NCBI GenBank assembly: GCA_000091205.1 | Contig: AP006489.2 | Length of the DNA: 64,000 nt | Origin: Cyanidioschyzon merolae | Taxonomy: Eukaryota | Strand: one strand, 5' to 3' | Shown here: piece after piece, positions 43,871 through 53,975 of the stretch | Position numbering within the stretch: the stretch's first letter is position 1 | Layout of the letters: each line of letters starts with the position of its first letter | Made by a program: the position numbers and the translations under genes | Notes under the pieces: generated by a model | The model's input: the letters and a program-made list of their open reading frames with translations, nothing else | What the model was told of the DNA's origin: nothing | Databases searched by the model: none

Positions 43871-43990
43871 CAGCACAAGCAGTAGCACAAGCAGCAGCAC
43901 AAGCAGCAGCACAAGCAGCAGCACAAGCAGCAGCACAAGCAGCAGCACGAGCAGCAGCACAAGCAGCAGCACAAGCAGCAGCACAAGCAG
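43871..43990. repeat. 12-bp microsatellite (agcacaagcagc)n x ~10, ~100 bp upstream of the TRAF-type zinc-finger gene
   Basis: Direct read of the sequence. The track ORFs 43538..44020 (LLLVLLLV…) and 43743..44138 (AACAAAC…) are translations of this array. Confidence 0.9.
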
Positions 43991-44094
43991 AGATATTGCT
44001 GGTGACACAAGAAGCAGCACCGGCGATTGTCCCCGAGATTGCTAGCAGCGTATTGCGTGGCAACCTGGCGCTCGCCTTCGGTGTCGGGTGAGCT

Positions 44095-44781
44095 TTGACT
44101 GAATACCAACCTCCTTGGCTCGTTCTCGTATGGCTCATGTCCCTTACTGCAGCAGAGAATAGTGGTGCTCGAGTTGTTGATACCGAGCCGAATGAGGTTG
44201 AGGCTCGTCGTTGCCAGGTCTGTGGGCACCAGGTGCCGCTCTCTAACTGGACACTTCACGAAGTTCGCTGCGCCCGTGGTGCCTGTACCTGTGAGCACTG
44301 CGGCTCCCGGATGCACGAATCAGAACTGGACGCACACTGGAAGACCGAGTGTCCCTGCACCTTAGTGGATTGCGTGTACTGTGAGCTACCGGTCAAGAGG
44401 AGCGACATGGAAGGCCACGTGCGCCGCTGTGGCGCACGTACCGAACGCTGTAAGGCCTGCGGCGACTACATTCGTTTAATTGATCGGCTTGAGCACGAGT
44501 TGTATATCTGCTCGGCGTCAAGAGCGCATAACGGTGAAAGCGATGCGTCGCACCCTGCGAAGGAGTCTGTCCACGCGTGCGCAGCCTCGCTCCCGGAGAG
44601 CGCCCCGGACACGGTGACTTCGACAACCCCAGCCAGGCGACCGCAGACAGCGCGAGGGCGCTCGGGAGTACCCTCCAGAAAGCTCTCCGCAAGCAAACCT
44701 TGGCTGCTAACCATGGGAGCAATTCTCGCCGTTGTCGTTTTGCAGGGTCTCCGGAGCCGTGAGCGACGCCCCGCTCCATAG
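44095..44781 (+). CDS. TRAF-type zinc-finger protein with a C-terminal transmembrane anchor
   Basis: The Cys/His-rich core CQVCGHQVPLSNWTLHEVRC…CEHCGSRMHESELDAHWKTECPC…CVYCELPVKRSDMEGHVRRCG…CKACGDYI fits TRAF-type/XAF1-like zinc fingers. The C-terminal hydrophobic segment WLLTMGAILAVVVLQGL is the anchor. Confidence 0.6.
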   Translation: MTEYQPPWLVLVWLMSLTAAENSGARVVDTEPNEVEARRCQVCGHQVPLSNWTLHEVRCARGACTCEHCGSRMHESELDAHWKTECPCTLVDCVYCELPVKRSDMEGHVRRCGARTERCKACGDYIRLIDRLEHELYICSASRAHNGESDASHPAKESVHACAASLPESAPDTVTSTTPARRPQTARGRSGVPSRKLSASKPWLLTMGAILAVVVLQGLRSRERRPAP

Positions 44782-45715
44782 GCCGCGGTCGGCGGGAAGC
44801 GCCAAGTTTCGATCGAACTGTAACTATGACGCTCGAGGAGCTGCCTCCTATTCTCTCAATTGTTGACGGAACCGTCGCTCGTAGCGAGGCTTGTTGTGCT
44901 TGTGTCTCGCGTCGATCGCAAGCCGCCACTGACTATGCACGACAACAAGCGGAATGCTTTGAACACGAAGGAATATCACAGGGTAGCGACATAGCTGGTG
45001 GCGTGGTTGAGCCCCAGCGCTTCACTGGAGCGCTGCCTCTTGTCGGACGTCTCCAGGCTGTTACTTACCCGGCAGCACTGCGCTTTCCACAGCTCTCCTT
45101 GGCGCTGATGCGAACTTTGCTGTCTCCCTCGGACGCATTTGGCTATGAGCACCGAATTGTTCGTGGACTTGTAGGCATCGTATTCGTCTAGCTTCCAGAA
45201 GAATTCTGACTCTTCTGACTCATCGGGGTAGATGGTCTGACGCTAGAGCAATCCATGCCAGATGCGAATAAAGTCGTATCCGCATAGACAGACACTCTTG
45301 TGGAATTCACTGACCAAACCAAGGAAGAGCTCGTCGAATACAGCGTGGCGAGAGTGCCCAGCGCGGTTCAACGGCTTGGGGCCTTGGTCAGGCATCCGCT
45401 GTGAAGTCAGCGACCAGGCAGCGAGAACGCGTTTGTCCTTTGGTTCTCGAGGTGTTGTCGTTGTTCTGCGAGTACGCGGCCGGCATTCGAGTCTAGGCGG
45501 CTGGCACACTCCTTGTCCTTCCGAAGAAACGCAGTCACTTGGGAGGAGGTTCCAGCGGCGAACACGGTGCTCGTTAGCGAGGCTTGCTGCCGTCAACCAG
45601 CCAGCTGGCCGGCTTGGAGCGCGCGCTACCTGCTCGCACTGATACTTTTCTCTGTTTCCTGGGCGGTTTTCGGTACGAAGCACCCGTTGAAGCAGCGGAT
45701 TCTGTGTAGTAGTGC

Positions 45716-47338
45716 GTGTTCGCGCTATCTAGTGCACAATCAGTTCCGTTTCACGCCATGGCTCGCAGGCACCTTTTCGCTGGCAGGTTTGCGGGATTCG
45801 CACCCGTCACTGGTGCGCTCTGGTTACGTCCAGGGCAGCGGGCGAGCTCACCGGTGACAGGCGCCTCGGACTCAGTATCGCGCCTTGGACAACGGCATCC
45901 GGTTTCTAGGCGTTGGCGGCAACAGCGAACCGGGCTGTTCAACGTGCGACTGTCCACGCGTCGGCTCCGGGTCTTTATCTCCACGGGGGAGGTCTCTGGT
46001 GATATGCACGGTGCTGCGCTAGCCCGGAGCCTCAAGCAGCAAGCGATGCATCGAGGTGGCTCGAGACAGCAGCAGCAGCTGCTGCTGCTGCGCGGAGTAG
46101 GCGGCCCAGCGATGCGACAAGAAGGTGTCGAGCTCTACGCCGACACGCTTCGCATCTCCTCCATTGGCCTCTATGAGGCACTGCGCTTTGTGGTGCCTGC
46201 TTATCTCGCATACGAAAAAGCAAAAAAGGAGCTGCTCGAGGATCCTCCGGATGTCGCCGTTCTGATCGATTACACTGGACCGAATATGGCGCTGGCCACC
46301 TGGTTTCGCCAAAACCTGCCTGGTGTGCCGGTAATCTCGTACATCGGACCTCAGCAGTGGATCTGGGAAGCGAATGGGAAGCCAGCGCACCGTCTATTGG
46401 ATTATTTTCCGATTCTGGCGACATGCTGCCGTTGTCTGGTTGCGATTTTCCCGCTAGAGGCAGCGTTCTACTGCCGAAAGCTCGAGGAGCTCGGGGCGCT
46501 TCCAAATCCACCGCCGCAAATTGTCTACGTAGGACATCCGATTCTGGATCTGGTTGAGCCCGTGACGCGAGACGCCGCTCGGGCAATGCTTCCATGGACA
46601 AGCTCGGAGCACGTGTGTGTGGCGTTGATGGTCGCCTCACGCCTACAGGAAATCGGTGCTTTGCTTCCGGCGACAACGCGCGCAGCCCTGGCTATGGAAA
46701 AGTCGCTAGAGGCGAAGGACCCCCCGAAGCGCATTCGGTTTATCATTCCAACGGCTAGACCTGAGTTTTCGGATCAAATTCGTCGTGTCTTGTTGGATCA
46801 GGGCGTGCCGTCGTCACGTATTGCGTCATGGGATCCGAACCTGCGCGAGATGCATCCCGAGACGCTCTTTTTCCTGGTACCACGAGATTATGCTCGCCTG
46901 GTGCTTGCAGCAGCCGATCTTGCAATCTGCAAGTCGGGCACGGTAAATTTGGAGGCGGCGGTGCTCGGTGTACCTCAAATCGTGCTGTATCGTTTATCGT
47001 GGACCTCGGCCTTTGTCATCCGTCACCTATTCCAGATGCAACTACCGTACGTGTCAGCAGTGAATGTAGTCTGTCTGGATCAGGCGATTGTGCCGGAGCT
47101 GCTGCAGGAGCACGTCACACCGGAGCGAATCCACGAAGAGGCCATGGCGTTGCTAGAGAATCGCAACGGCTGTGCTGACCGGATGCGTCACTCGTACCAG
47201 AGCCAGGTGCTGCCGCGCCTGCGTCTAGCCGAGGACTGCCCTGAGCCGGTCGTCGAGCGAACTGCGGCCGGCAGAGCTGCCGCCGTTGTTTGGCGCTACC
47301 TAGACCAGGCGCAAGAAAGCCGCACACTGGTCACCTGA
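45716..47338 (+). CDS. lpxB: Lipid-A-disaccharide synthase (LpxB, GT19), preceded by an ~80-aa Arg/Ser/Ala-rich presequence (probable organellar transit peptide)
   Basis: LRVFISTGEVSGDMHGAALARSLK is the LpxB N-terminal signature. Also VLIDYTGPNMALA, DLAICKSGTVNLEAAVLGVPQIVLYR and YVSAVNVVCLDQAIVPELLQ. 540-aa ORF. Confidence 0.8.
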   Translation: MFALSSAQSVPFHAMARRHLFAGRFAGFAPVTGALWLRPGQRASSPVTGASDSVSRLGQRHPVSRRWRQQRTGLFNVRLSTRRLRVFISTGEVSGDMHGAALARSLKQQAMHRGGSRQQQQLLLLRGVGGPAMRQEGVELYADTLRISSIGLYEALRFVVPAYLAYEKAKKELLEDPPDVAVLIDYTGPNMALATWFRQNLPGVPVISYIGPQQWIWEANGKPAHRLLDYFPILATCCRCLVAIFPLEAAFYCRKLEELGALPNPPPQIVYVGHPILDLVEPVTRDAARAMLPWTSSEHVCVALMVASRLQEIGALLPATTRAALAMEKSLEAKDPPKRIRFIIPTARPEFSDQIRRVLLDQGVPSSRIASWDPNLREMHPETLFFLVPRDYARLVLAAADLAICKSGTVNLEAAVLGVPQIVLYRLSWTSAFVIRHLFQMQLPYVSAVNVVCLDQAIVPELLQEHVTPERIHEEAMALLENRNGCADRMRHSYQSQVLPRLRLAEDCPEPVVERTAAGRAAAVVWRYLDQAQESRTLVT

Positions 47339-48474
47339 TCCACTGCGAGCACTGCTTGTGTGCTGGTCCAGCGTTGCCAAAGTCGCTCTCTCCGCTCGGA
47401 ACGAAAAGTTCGCAGTGCGCACTCATCGTTCCACCGAGGATGACACATGCAAATTCAGGAGCGGGCGAGGTCTCACAGACGCTGCCAAGACGCAGAAAGT
47501 CATCTAATTGGCGATCGAGTTTCTCATTTACGTAAGGTAAAAGGAGCAAGCATGATTCAGGTCGACTTGGAGGGTTTGTGGCCTTTGTAGCCGCACAAAT
47601 CCATGTGCATGGCATTGCAAATTACAGGTAAGTGCGTGGTGCCTCCTTGCGGTATAGGATATAGCCCTCATATCGGATTCCTCCAGCTGCGCGATCATCG
47701 TCCGTATCGAGTACGCAGGTCTCGCCCCGTGGATATGCATTCCGTCGAACACATATGAAGTCTGTTGCCACGCTCGCCAAGACACGCGTCGATAAGGTTA
47801 TTCGATTGCGTTCCCACGAACGTCCTAACTCGCTCGCATTTGGACTCGGGGCCAGCACAGCACATTGTTTCGCGTTGCCTGCTTGGTGCACGCAGGACAA
47901 GGCCTCGTCCTCACCTCCGGAACATCGTGGCGATACCGTCTCTTCAGCGAGCGCAACCGATCGCGCGTTGTGAATGCTGTGCCTTCGACAGGGTCTTCGC
48001 TATCGCTTCGAGATACCGAATTCGTACACGACTTCGAAGTCAGCAGGCATGCTCCTGAGTCTGGATGGAGGCGGCAGTAACGCATATGCAGCATGGTGCG
48101 CCCAGCAACCGCCCGGAAGAGTGCTCTGCGTTCACCTCAGGTTTTCAGATGGGCGCCCATAACCCATATACATTCGACGATGCGCCTTTTCAATGACCAG
48201 CGCGAATGCTTCGAAGAGCGATTTCAGTCACCATCACATGATACAGATAAAAGTTCCGTGCACGATATTTGGTGCAAGCTGCTTCCTGGCCAGCGCTGCT
48301 GCCCAAGCAGACGCTCACAACGACTCGGCATCGTGCTCGGCGCTCATGCGGCGCCCCAAGTCACGCTACCGAGTCGTTGTGAGCGTCTCCGTCCATTCAA
48401 ACGGTTGCCGCTCTCGATCGACAGCATGAGCGCGAAAGCAACGACAATTGCGTCGTAGCATCATGTGCATCGCG

Positions 48475-50436
48475 TCAAACGCCTGATTCGAATGGTGTAC
48501 GATCCTCGCGTTCTGTCTCCGCGTCAAGGTGCTGGCGACGTCGATCCTGCCGTTTTGTCCATCGATGGAAGGCTAGTGCTCCTGTCGAGATGCTCATCGT
48601 ACTCATGGTCGCCAATGTCGGAAACCGTCGGGGCGACGACAGCGTAAAAGATACGCCGTACATGAGCAGTTCAGCGAGTGAGCACAGGGCGGCTTCGACG
48701 GCGGAGACCTCGCCGACAGCGCTTGCATCGACCATGGTTTGCATGATTTCGGTTTCGGCGGTGTCCCAGCACCAGAGGCCCCAGCGAGAGAGTGTCACGA
48801 AGACGAGAACACCAATGAGCAAGGGCGGTTGCTGATACGTTATCTGCGCGACTGAGTTCTGCGCGGCGCTGGGGAGCGGCACCTCAGGAACGCGGACGAG
48901 CCACAAAAGCAGCTGCGCTGGGAGCAAGCACGCAAGCTGGCACAGCACGCCAACGCGGCCTACCTGCAGCACAGACCAGTGGAGACGGGTGACAAGGATC
49001 TCGAAACTGAAGGTTGCAAGGATACCGATGATTGCGGATGCAGCACGGAAGATGCCAATGGTGCTGCCATTCACGCCGCAATACGTCAGGAAACCGAACA
49101 GGAGGCCGCCAGGCGAAAGCACCGTGAAATAGAGACTAACATGTGCAAGGGATGGTACAAAAGTTTCCTGTTCGTAATATAGTCGCCAGGATGAGAAGAG
49201 CTCTCGCAGGTGTTGATAAACCGTTCGAGCCGCAACCGCGACTCTAGTGGTTGTGCTTGGGATTGGCTCCTCACGAGTCGATGCTGTGCCCTGTACTTTG
49301 CGCCCGGTTCTCCGCGCTGCATCCTGCTGCTCGTTTGAGGCGTTCACGTTCTCGCCTCGGGCGCAGATTTGGCTCGCCCTGAACAGCGCAACGAGCTGAA
49401 TAGCTAGCAGAAACGCCCCGAAACGCGCCACAAGTACAGAGCCTTGCACTTCACCGCGCGAGGAGAGGAGCCAACCCACCAGCAGCGGCATTCCGATATC
49501 GATCGTCATGGTGATACGGCGCATACGCGCGTTTGCGATCGCCAGCTGCTCCTCTGTTTTGGAGCCATCTATTGCACCACTTTGGTACTGCTGGGCATGC
49601 ACAGTGAGCGGTAACCACCGTTTCCAGAGCGAAATTTCCAGTGCGAATTCGCTGAGTGCCGCAATTGTACCGAAAACACAGAACCATAAAGTACCCTCAG
49701 GAATCGCGGTTGCCTGATCGTTTGGCCGGTACCGCGCAAGCAGAGGCATCCAAATCGCACAGAGCGATGTGCTGACTCCATACAATACGGAGGCAACGGC
49801 CGCTGTTCGGAAGCGCCAGCCCCAATCCAGCATTTTTCCAACCGTTGGGCCGAGTAGAAAGCACGCTCCGCGGCTGCTCAGCATGTAGATTGCCGCCGGC
49901 ACGAACGAGCCATCCGTCCGGTTCAGCGCTCGCTGTGAGACTATCATTAAGAATATTGGAACAACGAAGGTGAACGCCCTCTGGACGCCGCAGATGAGGG
50001 CATATGCAGTGTACAGCGGCAGGAACGCCAAAATGGACGGCTTCGCTTGTCGGCTGTGCTGCGTCGCTGGCTCACCGGTGCGGTTGGCGTCGTTCGCGGG
50101 GGTACTTTCGACTTCCGAACTTGCGTGAGTCCCTCCCGAGTCACTTTCAGGGGGTCTGCGACTCTCTGAAGGTGGCAGGAATTCCGTGTCCGCAGAGACA
50201 GTCGCAGACCTGCTCTCCGCAACGTGCTGTGCCTTCTGAGTGACCGCCTGCTGGAAGCCCGACGTTGCGACCTTTTCGGGCTGCGCAAGCACTACGCAGG
50301 TTTCAGCGGTCGCTTCAGCACACATATCAGAGCACACAGTGCCTCTCGTCAGGGTCAAAGTGACGGCTCCTGGTAAACAGTCTTGCCTCGCGTCGCCTCT
50401 GGGACAAGTCGACCGACCGTGCCTCAATTTGAGCAA
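48475..50436 (-). CDS. Polytopic membrane transporter, ferroportin/IREG-like (assignment tentative); the N-terminal ~130 aa are probably not all coding
   Basis: About 10-12 hydrophobic segments. LLGPTVGKMLDWGWRF and the surrounding helices resemble the ferroportin N-terminal half (…IGDWVDK…). 653-aa ORF. Confidence 0.5.
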   Translation of the reverse strand: MLKLRHGRSTCPRGDARQDCLPGAVTLTLTRGTVCSDMCAEATAETCVVLAQPEKVATSGFQQAVTQKAQHVAESRSATVSADTEFLPPSESRRPPESDSGGTHASSEVESTPANDANRTGEPATQHSRQAKPSILAFLPLYTAYALICGVQRAFTFVVPIFLMIVSQRALNRTDGSFVPAAIYMLSSRGACFLLGPTVGKMLDWGWRFRTAAVASVLYGVSTSLCAIWMPLLARYRPNDQATAIPEGTLWFCVFGTIAALSEFALEISLWKRWLPLTVHAQQYQSGAIDGSKTEEQLAIANARMRRITMTIDIGMPLLVGWLLSSRGEVQGSVLVARFGAFLLAIQLVALFRASQICARGENVNASNEQQDAARRTGRKVQGTASTREEPIPSTTTRVAVAARTVYQHLRELFSSWRLYYEQETFVPSLAHVSLYFTVLSPGGLLFGFLTYCGVNGSTIGIFRAASAIIGILATFSFEILVTRLHWSVLQVGRVGVLCQLACLLPAQLLLWLVRVPEVPLPSAAQNSVAQITYQQPPLLIGVLVFVTLSRWGLWCWDTAETEIMQTMVDASAVGEVSAVEAALCSLAELLMYGVSFTLSSPRRFPTLATMSTMSISTGALAFHRWTKRQDRRRQHLDAETEREDRTPFESGV

Positions 50437-53400
50437 CCACCACTCTGTCTATGTGTATATGCCCGCTAGAGCCTGCAATGAAGAGCCAGGTTTAAGTTCC
50501 TCAGGTATCCCACGGCTTATCTGAGAACCATTCTGCATGCAGCGTACTTCTGAGTCCTCAGCTGCGTCACCAGCTGTGTAGCGCAGCACTTGGTGGATGC
50601 TCGTGCTGACGGCAGACGCAGGCCCCCCTGCGGACACCCGGGGATTCGTTGCGATCGACTCATCGGGGACATACCCCGAGCGGGTGGATGGGCGCTCTCC
50701 AGCTGGGTAGTTATCCACCCTGAGGTGCGTTTCATGAAATGCTTTTACGTGGCCTATAGCAGATGCTTGTGAAGTGGGTTCGTTGGAAGAAATAAAAATG
50801 TATGGGAAAGGTATGGATGTGGAAGCTGGCGGACTAGAGAGTCGTCATCGCTGGCTACCGACAAACTCAAAGCGAACAATCCTCTTCTCATTGAGCATCG
50901 AGCGAGGAGGAGCGAGTGACGAATAAAAGCAGAAGAGGGGAAATAGTCGAGATATCGTGTTTAACCGATGGGAGTATGATGAGACTTTAGGGGTAGAGCG
51001 GGCACGAGTTCCAGTTATTCATGCATCGGTGCTAGCGAAAATACACACATGGAGTTCTTGAATCGATACTTGAACGCCGCCTTCAATATCATACGATGTG
51101 CGGCGCTGAAGACGAGAACCGAGGAGCTGACGCGAGCCAATTTTGTGGGGAAGCCTCTCAGGCTCGAAGCGTGCAGGGAAAATCTGAAACAGACAGCAGT
51201 GGGCAAGTCAAAAATTGCTTGGAGCGTGTCTTTGAGTCCATACATATAAATGTACATACGTAGGTATCCTCCATGGTAGCAAAGCTCTTTCTATTCCACT
51301 GATCACGTACATACAGAGGGCGGGGAGTCGAAGGTTCTGCATGTTGCCTCCTTGAGACGCTGCCGATTCGACATACTTGGTGCTTCGTTGGGATGCGTCC
51401 ATTTTAGGTAAAGATTTTTTTTTTGATCTGTAGCAGAGCGGCAAACGAGTCTTTTCAGATACTGCGAGATGCACGAGTGCAGCTGCGAATGAGACCAGAC
51501 GCCGTAAGTTTTGCAAGCGTGTTCAATGCTGAATACTGCCATGCAACATCGATGAATCGCCCAGCACGTGGCGACGCTGGATCGAGTCCCTACATAGCAT
51601 AGAGTAGCTAGTCTGGATAAAGGAGCTTGGGATGGTGCGCGAATGCGTTCCCGTCGTTGACCTTGCAGCCTGTAGCGCCCGCATACATGGCGCGAGCCCA
51701 GAATATTTATCAAGTCAAATGCGCCGTGGTTCGTTGGTCTTTCGTCGTCAGTTCGAGGTGCCCTGGATGCCCTTTGGAGAACGAATTTTCTGAAGTTCGC
51801 TTCTTCCTGGCTGTCTGGCTGGGTGCACCAGGGCCATTGTGCGACAGGTTCGTGGCAAACAACACGTCAACAGATGCGTGCGTCTTGTAGGGATGGTGCC
51901 GTCGCATCCAGGCCTCCCGCCGGGGCGCTGAGCAAACTTCACGCGACTCCAGCACGGCTTCGCCATCCAGCCGGCTCCGTCAATCACGTGGCGGACGCTG
52001 GGCTCCAGCACAGCGAAGCTGGATCACGTCCCGTACGTTTCGGGAGTCGCCAGCAGCCCCCGATCATTGAACTGGGAAACATTCACAAATAAAATACCTC
52101 CTTGTCGTTGATGCCAAGACGCGCTGGATTTCCCCAGGCTACCTGATGGCCTTCTCAACTGTGCTCGGTATCTGGTATCGAGCGCCCACAAACATGGGCA
52201 GTCGCACCAGCGACTCAACTCCACATCCAGTCACGCGAAGCCTGTCACTGCGAGATCCCCGATCAACGCCCTGTATAGCCAGCCCCGGGCACCGTGCCCC
52301 GACTTGCACCAGCGCGTCCATCTGTTGTCCATAGTGAGTCCAGCGAGCGATCAACCACGCAAATCGGCGACTCGAGAACGGACACGTAGCAGCGATCGCA
52401 CCGTGCGACTCCAGGTGCTGCGTACGCATGCCCGCCGCCACAGCACGGATGACGGCGAGTTTTTTTTCATGGACAAAACGTTTACCTAGCCAGCGTTCTC
52501 CGATTATGCACATTTCTCTTTCCTTTTGGTTTTTTTTCAGTGCACGGTGAGGTATCCATCAAGCCCCTACTCCCATGTTACATGACCTGCACTTCATCTC
52601 GAATATTCTGGTCGTATCATAAGTCCTATCGTGTGTGCCTAGTGCCTGCCGAAAGCGACAGCAATGGCGCCTGTAGCGCCGGGGCGGTCGCAGCACGGAG
52701 ACAGAACGGCGTTGCCGTACCACAAAGGGCGTCGGCTCGAGGGGATACCGGCGAGTACGCACGCATTTGCGGCCGGTGGTGCGAGTCGTTGCGAGCCGCT
52801 TCCGCCGCCATCGGATACAGCAGCGCAGGCGTCCGTTTTGTTTTCTGATCCTGCAGCATCGATGTATCCGAGAGACTGGGCGTATGCAGCGGAAACGCGC
52901 ATACCACTATCAGCTCGAACAGAGACAGCAATTCGCCTGCACGGATACGCCTTAGATTCCACCAGGTCCAGTCTACTGTCTCCCGCGAACGCACCCAGTG
53001 AATACTGCGAGCCTCTAGACTCGGGGCCTGCAGCGGGCGCTCTCGCTGTGGCGCCGTGTGCGCATCGAGCGTGCCATGGCGGCTTCTGTGCGCCGCTGCG
53101 GGCGTTCGCCCTGCAAGGCGGCGCACTGTCCAACTGAATGGCGCGTCGCTGCTCGGCTCGCTGGCTCCTGTGTGGGGCTCTGTTCCGCAACGGCTTTGTA
53201 CTCTGTGGGTGCAGTTGAGACGGCGTACTCTCGGGGAGCGGGTTGCTCACTGGTACGCAGGACCAATTGAGGTGCAAGATAAATCATTTCAAGCTCTCAC
53301 AGTTACTGTTACGCTGATTCTACACAGCATCTGTGACATAATTTGGTACTGTTGGAACTCGGGTGTTGTTTACACTCGACTCGGGTGGCGCATTGTCACC

Positions 53401-53975
53401 GACCAGCTGTTTCACTGACTGTTCCACAGCATCTGTGCGTACTTCGGATCTCTCGGGACAAGTGTGTCGGTTGTGTACAACGCAAGCGGTGCTTTGTTAT
53501 CGAGTTGGTGTTCCACTGGCTTTTCCAAAGCATCACTGACACAATCGGCTCCGGTTGGAGCGTTTGCGTCGTTTGTGGTTGACGCAGCTGTGTCGCTCTG
53601 TTATTGTTTTGCTCGCCGGGCAGCCTAGTAACCCCAGCATTCTTTCAAAAGGCTTCGGACCACCAGAGTGTGTGCACACGCCGCCGCACACTGTGGAATT
53701 TTAATGTCGATTGCGTTTCAAAGGCTATTCACGGTGTCTGCACACTAGAGCCGTGTTCTTGCCGAAGACGTGTATCACGAGTTCGGGACGGTGACGCCAG
53801 CGACAAGTGCCCCGAGCGTAAGCGGCAGTTGGCCGTCTCCGACTGTGTTACGACGATTTAGCGGGCGCTTCTTCGGCTCTGCTTTGGGGGGAGTAACTGA
53901 ACGCGCAAAAAATCGCTCCACGGCAGAGCGGCTGGACGGCGACTGAACAGCTCCTCAACTGCCCGCAAGCTGGGA

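Noticed and set aside
43538-44316. ORFs with poly-Leu-Val (LLLVLLLV…), poly-AAC and Cys-Leu repeats
   Set aside because: They are artefacts of the 12-bp microsatellite read in different frames on the minus strand.
52626-53277. 212-aa and 166-aa minus-strand ORFs and the 157-aa plus-strand ORF in the ferroportin-PRODH intergenic region
   Set aside because: Mutually overlapping, Ala/Arg/Pro/Ser low-complexity translations of GC-rich DNA; no motifs.
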